Part shown: positions 39,021 to 50,815 of the stretch, piece by piece
Numbering within the stretch: the first letter of the stretch is position 1
Layout: every line of letters begins with the position of its first letter
NCBI RefSeq assembly: GCF_009914755.1
Contig: NC_060929.1
Reading direction: 5' to 3' (one strand)
DNA from: the human T2T-CHM13v2.0 reference genome, Homo sapiens
DNA length: 64,000 bases
Position numbers and translations under genes: made by a program
The notes under the pieces: generated by a model
Database searches by the model: none
Told to the model about the DNA's origin: nothing
The model's input: the letters and a program-made list of their open reading frames with translations, nothing else

Positions 39021-40909
39021 TCTACACCCTATGGTCGCCCTTAACCATAGTGGTTTATATCGTGTGTTTTCACTGAGAATACTTAAGAAGGTCTCCTTTA
39101 ACAACCACCGTTCACCTTTTAAAAATCTTTTATTTAGCAATAAAAGTAATCTGGTTACTAATTTTTCATAGTCAAAACAGCCAAGAATCATTTTTTTGAG
39201 TAAATGGTTGTAGAGCTGTCTTATGGACTACAAAATACTGGGCCTCTACCTCCTGACACGCAGAGGAATTGTGTAGTAAAACATATTTATCTATGTTGGC
39301 AAACAGTATGCTTTCTTAAATTTCTAATACACTTGACTATTGGAACCCCAATTTTCTGAATTTTATAGAAGGATGGGGCTGTGTAAAGGCACTGTGTAAA
39401 TAGGTAGAGGATATCTGAGAAACGGTGTCTTTTTATCTGGTCTTCCCTGGATACTCCATGAGCTGTGAAAGGATTGTAAACAGCGCTGGGTTCACAGGTC
39501 TAAACTGGAAATCTCCAACGACCTTTTCTGGGCCCTTTCTGTGGTAATTGTTTATTCCATTTTAAATCATCATATGAAATTCACCTTTGTATTTCATAGA
39601 GTTGAAAGAGATTGGCTTCAAAAAGCATGTAATATTTTTTAATCCTAGTTGTTAATACTTAGAATCAAGGTTTAATTGCGTTTAGTGGTAATTTCTTCTT
39701 AAGCTTTGAGTAAAATCCAAGATCTTTAAGAAGATACAGAATTATTGTGAGAATTCAATTACTTCGGCATGCATTGGGTTCCTTCTATGTGCTGGGCCCT
39801 GTATTAGATGTATGGGCATAAAATATGCTTCCTCACCTCAGCTGCTTGGCGAAAACTGGAGGCTGGCACTTCAACACACAACCAAATGCCAGTATCTGGA
39901 GCCTTGGCACAGGGATATGCCAGGGTTGGGAGCATGGGAGAGGGCGTCTGAAATGTCTCCTCACTCCCTGAAAACTGGCTAATCCCTTTTATATGAAACC
40001 TTCGGATCCCACTTCCCCCTCCCCATGCTGAAATCCAGGGAACCCGTTTGGGGAGGAGCAGATTCATGATTAAGTTGTAATTCAAGTTCCTTTTGTCTGA
40101 GGTCATTAGCTCTCTTCAGGATATTTACAGGACTGAATGAGGTGAGGAAGGCCTCAGCACACTCCCAGATGGGGAGGCAGAGAAGTGGAGAGAAGGTGAG
40201 AAGGCCTGGTGATGAGTTCTGGTTCTGTCATGGACTAGTCGTCTCACTTTGCTTAGACTACTAACTTTTGTAGACGCCATTTCCTTCTGTATAAATGGAT
40301 GGGGTTGGAACAGATGGTCTCTGAGGTCCCTTCCAAATCTGATTTTCCTGGGCTCTAAATTTAGCCACAGTGCTCGGCATTCTGGCAGAAGAGTTGGTGA
40401 CTGAGTTCTTCATGGAGGCCTTATCCTACTGGAGGAAATGTGCTGCCTGTGCTTTTTCACACAGGGTCCCCCAGCTCACCTTGGGCCCCTAGAGGTGTCC
40501 TGGGAACTGTCTCAGAGAGTCATAGTGGGGTTAGTTGTGCTGGTGAGGTGCTCCCATCAACCCCTCATTTTTTAACCAGGGCAAATTTCATCTGTTTTTA
40601 TAGTGGAATTACATTTAAGACGTCCTTGAATTAAAGGGGATCCTTCACTTAAAAAGATCTTTGAAAGCCTGTGCTGGTAAAAATGGAGGGAAATTAAAAA
40701 CAAAAACAGAAAAAAACAATACTCTGTACTCCCCTTCACTGGAAAACTACAGGACAGAAAGCTTGGATCTTGGGTCAGATGATGGCATCTGGGAAGCACA
40801 GGAGTGATGAATGTTTGCAGTGTTTCTAGGCTGTCACTTCAAACAGTTTTCTTTGAAAGTGCCCCCAGCTGTAATGGACTGATTTTCAGTGGTGGCAGGA
40901 ATTCCCTTA

Positions 40910-41215
40910 CAGCTGGGCTTACAAATGTAAATGTCTAATGAGGCCAAGCAGGTAAGTAAATTAGTGAAGTAAGTAGCATGTAAGACAGTAGAGAGGTAGA
41001 GACTGCAGAACTGGAAAAGCTCAAGCCCAGTCTAAAGGGAGCCATCTTTTCTTATCTTAAGGGGATCACTGCCAGAGATCGAGGACCCATCTTTTGATTT
41101 TTCAGAAGTTAGAAATCTCAACTAGATAAAATTAAAAAAATTTTTAAACATTGTTCAGGAAAAACAAGGTTGGTCTATTGCTTGAATTTAGCCTGAGAGC
41201 CACTAGTTTGCAAAG
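40910..41215. mobile_element. MER102-like hAT-Charlie DNA transposon
   Basis: aatgtctaatgaggccaagcaggtaa...gtaagacagtagagagg...gtctaaaggg...ccactagtttgcaa matches MER102 as I recall it. Confidence 0.6.
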
Positions 41216-44200
41216 GAGAAACACTTTGCTCAGAGCCACCAATACACACAATTCCTATCATTTGGAAGATGGTATTATGCTTATGTTAAAACGAGCTTAG
41301 ATCAGTCACTGGCTTACACCATTTCTATGATTATTGTTGTTATCATAAGCTGGCAGCCTTGGTAAATGACAAAGCAGTGGACAAGCCACTCACAGACAGT
41401 TGTTGTAACGTGCAACCCTGGTGCATAATTTACTCCTGCTGCTCTCATTTAAAGCTAGATTTTGTGCAAGGAAAATAAGAGCATGGGAGAGAGTGGCACT
41501 TCCTAATATCCAGGATCACAATACAACTCCTTTCTTGTGGTAGCTTTCGGTTAATGCCATGCATGATTTGTAATGAGTGAGAAATTGTGTGATCATTATT
41601 TCAACCATATGTGTGATGTCCCAATAAATAGAATTAGATTCAATACTGTTAAAATCCGCTTAAACAGGTAAGAATTAGGTCTCCCTTTTTCTTATATTTC
41701 TACTCCTATTGATAAAAGAGAAAGAACAGACCAAAAGCAATGGTTTGAAAATAGCAGCAACAACAATCACAAAAGAAATCAGAGGCTGATAGTATAGTGA
41801 TATGTATTACAAATATTTTCCCAAGAGGATAACAGATAGTTTTTAACATTAGGTAACATAGCTTCTCTGTTTTAACAATGCATGCAAAAACTGAACTACA
41901 AAAAAAAAAAAAAAGGGCTAGGTTTTCTTTTCATTTATTTTTTTCTCTGATGTTTTTTGAAATCAGTTAAGAGACTCTTGCTATACTTTAGGTGAGAAAA
42001 AACATCTTATTTGGGCTAAAATGGTTAACAGTGGAGAGAATGACATAAATGCACTTGAAAAGTACGTAGAAGACAAATTCAACTGGATTTGATGATGGCT
42101 AGGCTCTGGGGGCTGAGGGAGAAAGCAGTATCAAGGTTGAATGAGTTTGTTCAACTCTGGGTATGTAGTCGTGGGGTTTAAGTAGGTGCATGGGATTTGC
42201 GTCACAGTTTCATGTGAAATATTATAATGTTAGTATTAGCTAAAGCCAGGAAAACCAAACCTCATGCCATGTGCTACATTGTGTGATATTTGGGAAAAGC
42301 CTGACAAATAGCCTTTTACTTTTCCTCAAGGCAAGTAGCAGTTTATATCAGGCAGGCAAAAATTGTAGATTTCCTTGTAGTCACGATATACTTAGTTAAG
42401 ATTACTGCTGAAACAAGAGTGTAGGGGGAAACACTTTTCATACTAATTTTCAAGGTGGACTGGTTAGTGGCTGGTGATCAAATGAGCCAACGGTTAAGAC
42501 AGCCCCCACTAGTTAGACATGTTAGAGGATTTTACTTGCTGTTGAAGATAGTGGCTTCGTGCACAAAGGAGGATTGTTGTGTGCACTTCTCAAAATGCTT
42601 CATAATAATTTTCACCAGCAGTCCCTGTGGAAGGTTTATTCTTGAGGGAAGGGAGGGTAGGGGGCTGGGTCATCAACATTTCTTACTCCATCAAAGATTA
42701 ACAGTGGCATTAAGGGAACCAAATGGCTTTGGTCAATGTTGCAATTTTGAAGAAACTGGTTAAGATTAAAAATTTCAACTCTGAGGCTGTCAACAACAGT
42801 TTCAGAGTTGAAATTTTGAATCTTAACTAGTTTTTTTAGAAAAACAAAAACAAAAACAAAACCCCACAACAACAAAAACAGAAACAACTACAGTGTAATC
42901 AATCCTAAATATGTTGTCTATCATTAGATTGTTCATGTAGCAGATGTAGCCACCCCATGCAATGTTTCCATTTTTTGCCATTATCCAAAACCTAGAAATT
43001 TAAAGAAGTCATTAGCCTTAAATAAATATAATCCAAGAATCTCTTCACTCTGCTCAAGCTAAATTGATTATCAGCTGTGATCACCCTGGTGTGTTTACCC
43101 AGTCATAACTTCTCAATTGTTTTTAACAGATTAATGTTTGAATTTCATTGTGGGGTTAGTGGAAAGGTTGGGGTTGGAGAGGAATGAGTTCAAGAAAAGC
43201 AAAAAATAAAATAAAATAAAATAAATAAAGTAAAAAAAAACTCAGCTGTTTTTAAATGACTAGTAAAAAGAAACTGTCATCACTAAGCCCGTTTGCACCC
43301 CCTCCCCTGGAATAGAACTGCTGAGCTAAACTAATATGAATGACCATACTAATTTTGGAGCCTAAATGTAACCAGTGAGGCTCTCTCTAACACTTATTTT
43401 CCATGCTTATTTGAAAAGGAAAATTGGAAGGGCGGACTAGCAAGAGTGAGAGACACGATTTGTCAGGATGCTCTGGAGAAGTAGCTACCAGAAGAAGGAT
43501 CCCACTGCTGATTTTATCTGAAAAGGTGCAGTGTATGATGGTCCTTCTGAGAACCATACCCTTAGGAAATTCTTTAACTGTCCCTGCTTCCTGGATGGCC
43601 CCAGGACTGGGAGTGACTTTCTAGAATTGCTGTGGATACATGACCGCCTCATCTCCCACTCCTCTAGATACCATGTCTCCCTAAGTGCCCTGAATCTGAA
43701 GTCGTTTCTGGAAAGGCAAGCTGTTGCCTCTGCTGTTGGCACTGACTCTGTGTTTGCTTGGCTCCCTAGTTGCTTTCACAAGACTTTTTGTCTCATGCTT
43801 ATTGAGTGGTTTGAAGCAGATTTCATTTTCTCAAATGCTATCTTGAAAGGAAATCTGCTTGAATTGATGTGAGGCAGTAACAATTAGACAACTCGGTTAA
43901 GAAATGTAGGATTCATAGGAGACAGCCATTTTTTTTCTTTCCTTTTTTGAGGGTCTCTCTTTTTTTTTTTTTTTTTTTTTTAATGACTCCTCTCCTACTA
44001 GTTTCAGGTCCTGAAAACTGAAGCCCTACATCTTCTTTGAGGTGAGAGTCCATTTATTTCACCCAAATCAGAGTCTGTTTTGCCAGTTCTTTACGGCTCC
44101 ATAACTCTCCAACTGCCTTCTGCTGGGTGTCGCCCAGCCTGTTGAACAGACAGTTACTGCCTCCCGAATGCCTCTGGGCAGTTGTGTGTTTGAGACTGGG

Positions 44201-44580
44201 GGGCCTCGAATGTGGATGTTCCAACAATGTCAGTGCGGCCTCTCCTTTCAGCTTGCTTTGTTTATCCAGCAGCTCATTATTTAAGACTAGCCTGTCAAAA
44301 TAAGTTAAATATTCTTTGGGAAATATGGTCACATCCGTGAGATACCACAAATATGTTTAATACAGAGAAGATTGGCTTGATAAGAAAAACATGATCGACT
44401 TGCATCATCAAAACATATTTTCCTGTTATTCCGGTTGAGTTGTCCACAAGCATCAATAAGCACTAGCAAACCTAAGGGCAATAAATTTCTGCAGCTGACA
44501 CATAAAGACACCAAGGGAAGTAGGGAAAATGATTGCTGATGATTCGTTCTAACTACTTGACCTTCTGACCTCTTCTCCAG

Positions 44581-44708
44581 ATATATGACCAGGATGGGAC
44601 ACTACAGCACTTTATTGATGGTGGGGAACCTAGTAAGTCGAGCTGGATGAGGTATATCCGATGTGCAAGGCACTGCGGAGAACAGAATCTAACAGTAGTT
44701 CAGTACAG
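44581..44708 (+). CDS. PRDM6: PRDM6 internal coding exon (probably exon 4), 128 nt, PR/SET domain: [42 protein letters not shown](R)
   Basis: Acceptor ctcttctccAG ends at 44580, with a branch-like ttctaac about 30 nt upstream. Donor is CAG|GTAAAG. Manual translation gives the PR-domain motifs FIDG..WMRYI.CAR...EQNL. Enters in phase 0, exits in phase 2. Absent from the ORF track. Confidence 0.97.
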
Positions 44709-45260
44709 GTAAAGTATATCTTGATTTACCACCTACAGAGCTGAAGCCATTTGGCTTGCATATACAAATTCAGGCTTGCCACTGGTGGGTAAAAAAAATC
44801 CTGCAGAACTCTGCAAGGACTGGCAGACATTTTTTTTTTTTGCTAGGTTTCTGAAACCTCCTTAGTTCCTATGACAGTAAGAGCATTCATGAACATTTAG
44901 GATTAAAAGTGCTCGTAGATGGCCTCCTTCACTCCGTGCACATGGTGAAGTTACTCCCACATCATTAGAACTTCCAGAATGGTCTGAATGAGCCCAGCAA
45001 ACCCACTGACTTGGGGTGCTTTTCCCAAGCAGTCGTCTTCACACAGATAAGTAGAAGGTCAGAGATTCAGCCTCAGGTCTCTTGCTTTCAGTCTCCTTCA
45101 TGCTGTCTCCTTTGAGGAATAGCTTTATTTGCACAACAGCATGGGAAACCAAGAACTCGCTACCTTCCCAAGGATACCTTTCCAAAACCGTTAGACTTAG
45201 TGGCAGTGACAGAGCCAGGGTAACTCTCCTGCTCTGTCTAAAGGTGGCAGTGGGTTTGGC

Positions 45261-46690
45261 CCTTTGATGATTCAGGATTTGTTTCAGTTGATGAGGCAGT
45301 TTCCGGGCATAGAGAAGCCCCTGGTTTCCTGAAAGGTATGGGCAAAACACAGAGGATAACAAAGGCAGGGTGGAGCCATCCCCATTTCCCTTAGGGGGTC
45401 CACATAGGGAGGCCTCTGGGGAGCTGAGAAGCAGGGTGGATTCCCCGGACACTCAGCCAGTTCTTCTCAGTGCACCTGCTGGTGAAGCATTTCCACTTAG
45501 TGCTAAGGAAGGCTGGAGTGGAGATGAGAGGGCAAAAACAAATCAAATAGGAAAAAAGCCCCACCACTAAGCCTTCTTCTCTCAAAATCCCTCGAAAACG
45601 TGTGCTATATAAATATATGACCTCAGTTATAAACAGCCGTGTTCTCTTTAGAATCAGAAGCAACTGTTTAGCTTTATTAGGCACCACAGACACATCAAAG
45701 CAGAGGGCTCTGTGCTCAGCAACTTGGAGTCCTGCCTATGGCTATTTATTTTCCTTTCCTTTTTTTTTTTTTTTAAACGAAGCTTAAGTTTTTTCTTTTT
45801 AACTTTCTTCCCCTTGTTGGTTAAAGGCTGCACAAATTTGGCTTGCTCTCTGAGGTCTTCAATTAAAAAAAATGTGGGCAGTATGTGACTCACCGCCTTG
45901 GTTTTCAGTGCAGTTTTATTTCATTAAATAACAGTTTAAATGAAGTAGCACAAGACAGTATTTCATTACACTGCTGTATGTGGGCTTTATTCACCTTTAT
46001 TACAGCTGCATTTCTGTTGTGAGGTTTTTTATAAAACTCTGAGCTAGAAAATTAGTGAAGATTGTACTTGTCCACTTAGTAAGAGATAGTTTGGTTCTGT
46101 AATGGGTACCCAGGGAGCTATTGAGGCAAATTCTGAATTTGGGAAAACAAGAACCCCCTAAGAGGAAGGTGGGCACGGGTAAGTCATTGCCTATCTGTCA
46201 ATATTAAGTGGGTTTTTTACAACTCCCCCTTTCATGACGGCGCTTACACTATGAGCTCTCTCTGCCGATCTGTTTTCGATTACTTCAGATCTTTACAAAA
46301 TGAAATACAAAAGCCCAATTTTAAAAACTGGCATTCATCACCAGTGACCACGTCCAAGAGTAAGAAAATAGAAAAGTTGGACCCTGAAGAGCCAGGCTAA
46401 TTTTTATTGTACATGAATGTCCTCTTCACAAAAAGTCAGCTGGTTTAAATTCATTCTGTTATGATTTGTAATATCTAAATGGAATTTTCTTCAAAGCACA
46501 CTTGATTGATTGACCCTTAGCTGAACGTTTTGTTTTTATTTTGAGGCTGACAATAATGTTTATTGGCATGTGTTCCACTTCAACTGCGTTGGGACGCCAT
46601 GAAGCTATCTTTATGAGTCATCCAACCACAATACTAAATACATGTCAGCAAAGGAAATATTATCTGAAAAGGGAAAAATCCCTTTGATGT
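45261..46690. promoter_or_regulatory. Candidate TCF/LEF (Wnt-responsive) site cluster in a repeat-poor intron
   Basis: CCTTTGATG (45261), ACATCAAAG (45692), CCTTTGATGT (46681). Motif match only. Confidence 0.45.
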
Positions 46691-48210
46691 GCTTCAACAT
46701 GCAGAGATTTCTGCGAGTTTTGGAAGCTCTGCCCACTTGTAAGGAATGGTGTACGCTTACACATTTTTTTCCGCCTTTCGGCCTATTCGGTGCCTCAGAA
46801 GACCACCCATTGCTCGAAAACAGTTCTGCTCTTTCAGCAGCAAAGTGTGTCATTTGGTTTTAGCACATTCATTTGCTGGGCGCAGTGTTTATATTAAGGG
46901 AAGCCAAACCGAGAGATGAAATGTTGCAAGGGTGAAGTACAAAGTAGACTCAATTTTTCTCAAGTTAGAAGATGCCAGTGATTTATAGCTCAGCTCCAAT
47001 TTTGATTTTTTTATGTAGCAGTGGAAAGAATTAATAAAATGCAGAGCTCTTGGAGATGCAGAGGGAGGAAGGGTAGCAAGAGCTAGGCAACTGGCTGGAG
47101 TTTTTGTCAGATATTCATAGAATGTTGGGAAAAACATTCTGCTTAGCTAGCAGTGCCCTCATGAGACAGAATGGCAGCAAGTAAGGAAAATAACAAGATA
47201 AATGAAATTTTTGCAGCTGCAAGTACAATATTGAGAATCTGCACTTTTTTATTGATCTTTATGATCCTATTGCCAAGAGCCACTTCGTGGTGACAAAATA
47301 TGTTGACAAGTGCATATCTCACTGCCATGAAAAATGTGGAGAAGCATTCGCCTTATGTCTGCAGTGTTATACAAGGAACAAATTGCCCTGCTACAGCCAA
47401 TTCCTTACAGAAAGGAGAAATTTAAGGCCCACCAACCCTACACACTTTTATCTTGAACTTGAGGTTCATATTTGTAATAGCAGTTCTTCATTGAGAAAAC
47501 CAGTCTCAGTCTCCTCATTTTTTTAATCTGTAGGTTTTTTTTTTACAGTACCAAAGCTATTATAAAAAATGTTCATTTTTCAGTACCTTCACTGTATCGT
47601 TTCAGAGTGTAATCTTTCAGCCAGAGTAAAGTGCTCCTCTTGTATTTATTGAATTTCCATCCATTTCACATCAGAGGGTTTTTCTCTTCTCCTGTATCAA
47701 ACTTTAGAAGAGCAGTGGAGAAGATTTTTATTTCCCTGAGTCCTTATATCACAAAGCTGCTTAATTTTATTACAAATTTTGGAATTCCCAATGCCAAGTT
47801 GCAATAATACATTTAATGCTTTTCCTTCAAATAAGAAATCAATAGTATTTATATATGAGGTTGGGGCACCAGTGTCTTTGCAATTTTCCAGGAGGGAATT
47901 TTCTCATTAGTGTGAGATGAAATTTTTTTAAAATTAATTCTTCCTTTCTGATGTCTCCTGGGCTAAATATCTGTCTCTTCAGCCAGTTCATTCTAGGGAG
48001 GGTCATTGTGGAAATAAATTGAATGCTGTTTATCACACTGAGTTACAGACTCTAATTGGTTGCTGGGGACAATCAGTTGGATGTAAATTTATTACAAACA
48101 GAAACTGTTTAGATGGAGCTGCGTAGAACTTTTTCAGGGCAATAAAAATATGGATGGGGGCACATGAGTTCTATGTATTACTAAGCTGGGTTTTCTTTTG
48201 TTTTGAATAG

Positions 48211-48335
48211 GTCGAATATATTCTACCGAGCCTGTATAGATATCCCTAGGGGCACCGAGCTTCTGGTGTGGTACAATGACAGCTATACGTCTTTCTTTGG
48301 GATCCCCTTACAATGCATTGCCCAGGATGAAAACT
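48211..48335 (+). CDS. PRDM6: PRDM6 internal coding exon (probably exon 5), 125 nt, end of PR/SET domain: (R)[41 protein letters not shown](L)
   Basis: Acceptor ttttcttttgttttgaatAG, donor ACT|GTAAGA. In frame with the previous exon (AG|G = Arg). Contains the PR-domain IFY...I..G.ELLVWY motif. Confidence 0.97.
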
Positions 48336-49924
48336 GTAAGAATTTATTTTAGCTCTGAATTCACATTTCAATATACCTATTTCAAAGCTAACTTTTTAAG
48401 AGCTTTTTTTGAAACTCATGAAACGTGGTTCACTGTAATAAGTAACACAAACATATACAAGTCTATTCCATCGTTTTCTTTTCCCTGCATGTCATCTGCT
48501 TTCTCTAGGGCATCTTAACCTGTATGGGCCAGTCCTTCACTTATCAACAACTTCAAAGCCTTTGCCAGAATTTTAAATAATAGTTGAAGCAAGTTAAGTC
48601 AGCTGGTATTCACTGAGTACCTACTATGTGTCTGGTTCTATGCTTGCCACCTTAGGGATTACAAGAGCAGTGTAAGATTCACCTTCTGCTCTGAAGGGAT
48701 GTACAGTCCTGTGGGAGCCACACTGTATGCAAAAATGAAGTAATAAGAAAGCAATGACATTTAATCAGGGGTAACACCCCTTTAGTTGATTGGGTGTGCT
48801 TCCTCCTACATAGTCATTTGCATGAGAAATAATATTTAAAATGGTAGATATGTGACTGAGGAATTTGTGTCTTTCTAAATTTTTTGTCTAAAACCATGTC
48901 TGGAAACATGTAATTTTCTCCTATCTTTATTACCGTGCCAACCATTATCTTTAAAAGAATTAACATCTAGGCAAATGTGAACTTGCAGCAACTTTCATGT
49001 AAACTTTATATTTCTGCTCTATCAGTTATTTGAAGAGTATTTTAAAGTGATTTCGTATTTGGAACAGAATTAGGTTATTCTGATATGCTTCAGTGAGAAA
49101 CACTGGTTTCAGTGATATTGTGTTTTCTTGTCACCACATTGACTAATTTGTGAGCTGATAGTTTGATGTTATGCTACAAAAAGAAACAAAGATAACAGAT
49201 ATCTTTTGATAATGGATAAGAAACTTCATTTTGAAAAAAGTGGGTTTTTAAAATTTTCTTCTCCACTTTCTAACACATGCACTCACATACACAAAAACTG
49301 CAATTTAAAAACGCTCATATTATGACTGATCAAAATGCTGATCGTCAGATATTTCTTTCCCATTTTGTCTTTAATTTCTTTGTAAAAAGAAAAATCGTCA
49401 AAAAGCCTATTACTATCAACTTTCCTTTTCTATTTTACCCTAACCCCAAAACCAATCTCAAATCAAAAAATAAATCTTTGCACATACAGTACATTCCTCT
49501 GATTTTGCAAGCTTCCACTGGAAAGTTTCTTTTCTGCAGCCATATTCCTGTTTGAGGGAGTTCCTGTTTTCATAGGAGAAAAACTCAGTGTTGGCCATGA
49601 GTATGCAGTGAGAGGCAAATGTAGACATAGAAGCCACTGTGCTCTGCCTCAAACAGAATGGCTCCATGCCCCATGCCCCCAAAACTAGATCTTTATCTAT
49701 GCACAGAAAGGTGTCAGCATCAGCCAGCCTCCCCATCTACTAACATGTACTTGTCTGTAGGTTGGAACCTTGATGTAACCATCTAGAGTGTTTGATCCAA
49801 AAGGATTCTAGAAATCTCACGAGATCCTCTGTTTCTTCTTTTACTACAACCTGCTACAGACTCTGAAGCTGTTGTTGTGGTGTGTGTGTTGAGGGATGTC
49901 TAGAGTAAACAACATATCAAGGCC

Positions 49925-50815
49925 AAACATTTATTCACTCATTGTTCAGATGTGTAAGGAACACCTACCATGAGCCAGTGTCTTTGCTGGGTGATATAAA
50001 TACAGCAGTAAACAAAATGGAAAGAATCCCTGCCCTCATGGAGCTTACATTTTAATGGGGGGAGACAGATTATCAACAGATATATAAGTGAATAAATAGT
50101 TGGTCAGATGGTGATAAGTGTTGTGGGCTAATAAAGCAGAAAAGGGGTAAAGAGGTGCCAGGAGTTGGGAGTTACAGTTTCAGAGAGTGAACAGGGTAAG
50201 CTTCACTGGGAAGGTGGCCTTTGGGCAAAGACTTAAGATGGTGAAGGAACAAGCCATGTGTTAGTAGGTAGAAGAGCATTCCTGGCAGCCAGACAGTTAT
50301 AAGTCCCAAGATGGGAATGTTCCTGGCATGTTGGAAGAGCATCACAGAGGTCAGCATGGGTGCGGCTGAGTGAGTGAGGTGAAGAGGGGTTAACTTAGAT
50401 GTGGGTGCGTGCTAGGGCAGGGAAGACCTTGTAGGGCCCTAGAGGCCATTGTCAGGACCCTGGCTCTAACTCTGTGTGAGCTAGGCAAAGGGAGCTGTTG
50501 TAGGGTTTTGAGAAAAAGAACTATTTGACTGAATTTTTTTCAGGAATAATCCGTGAGTGGAGACTGGACAGTAGACTGGACAGGGGGAAGAGCAGGGAAT
50601 CCAGCTAGAGGCTCTTGCAGAAATCCAGGGGAGAGATGATGGTGGTTTGGACTAGTATGGAAGTGGTGGAGGTGGTGAGAAGTAGTTGGATTCTGGATAT
50701 GTTTTAAAAGTAAATCCAACAGCATTTTCTGACACATTAGATGCTGAGTGAGAAAGAGGAGTCAGGGATGACTTTGAGGCCTTTGGCCTGAGGAGCTGGA
50801 AGGATGGCATGACCA
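49925..50815 (-). mobile_element. L2a-like LINE fragment, about 0.9 kb
   Basis: ccctgccctcatggagcttacatt...gatggtgataagtg...ggaggtggtgagaagtagttggattctggatatgttttaaaag. Confidence 0.85.
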
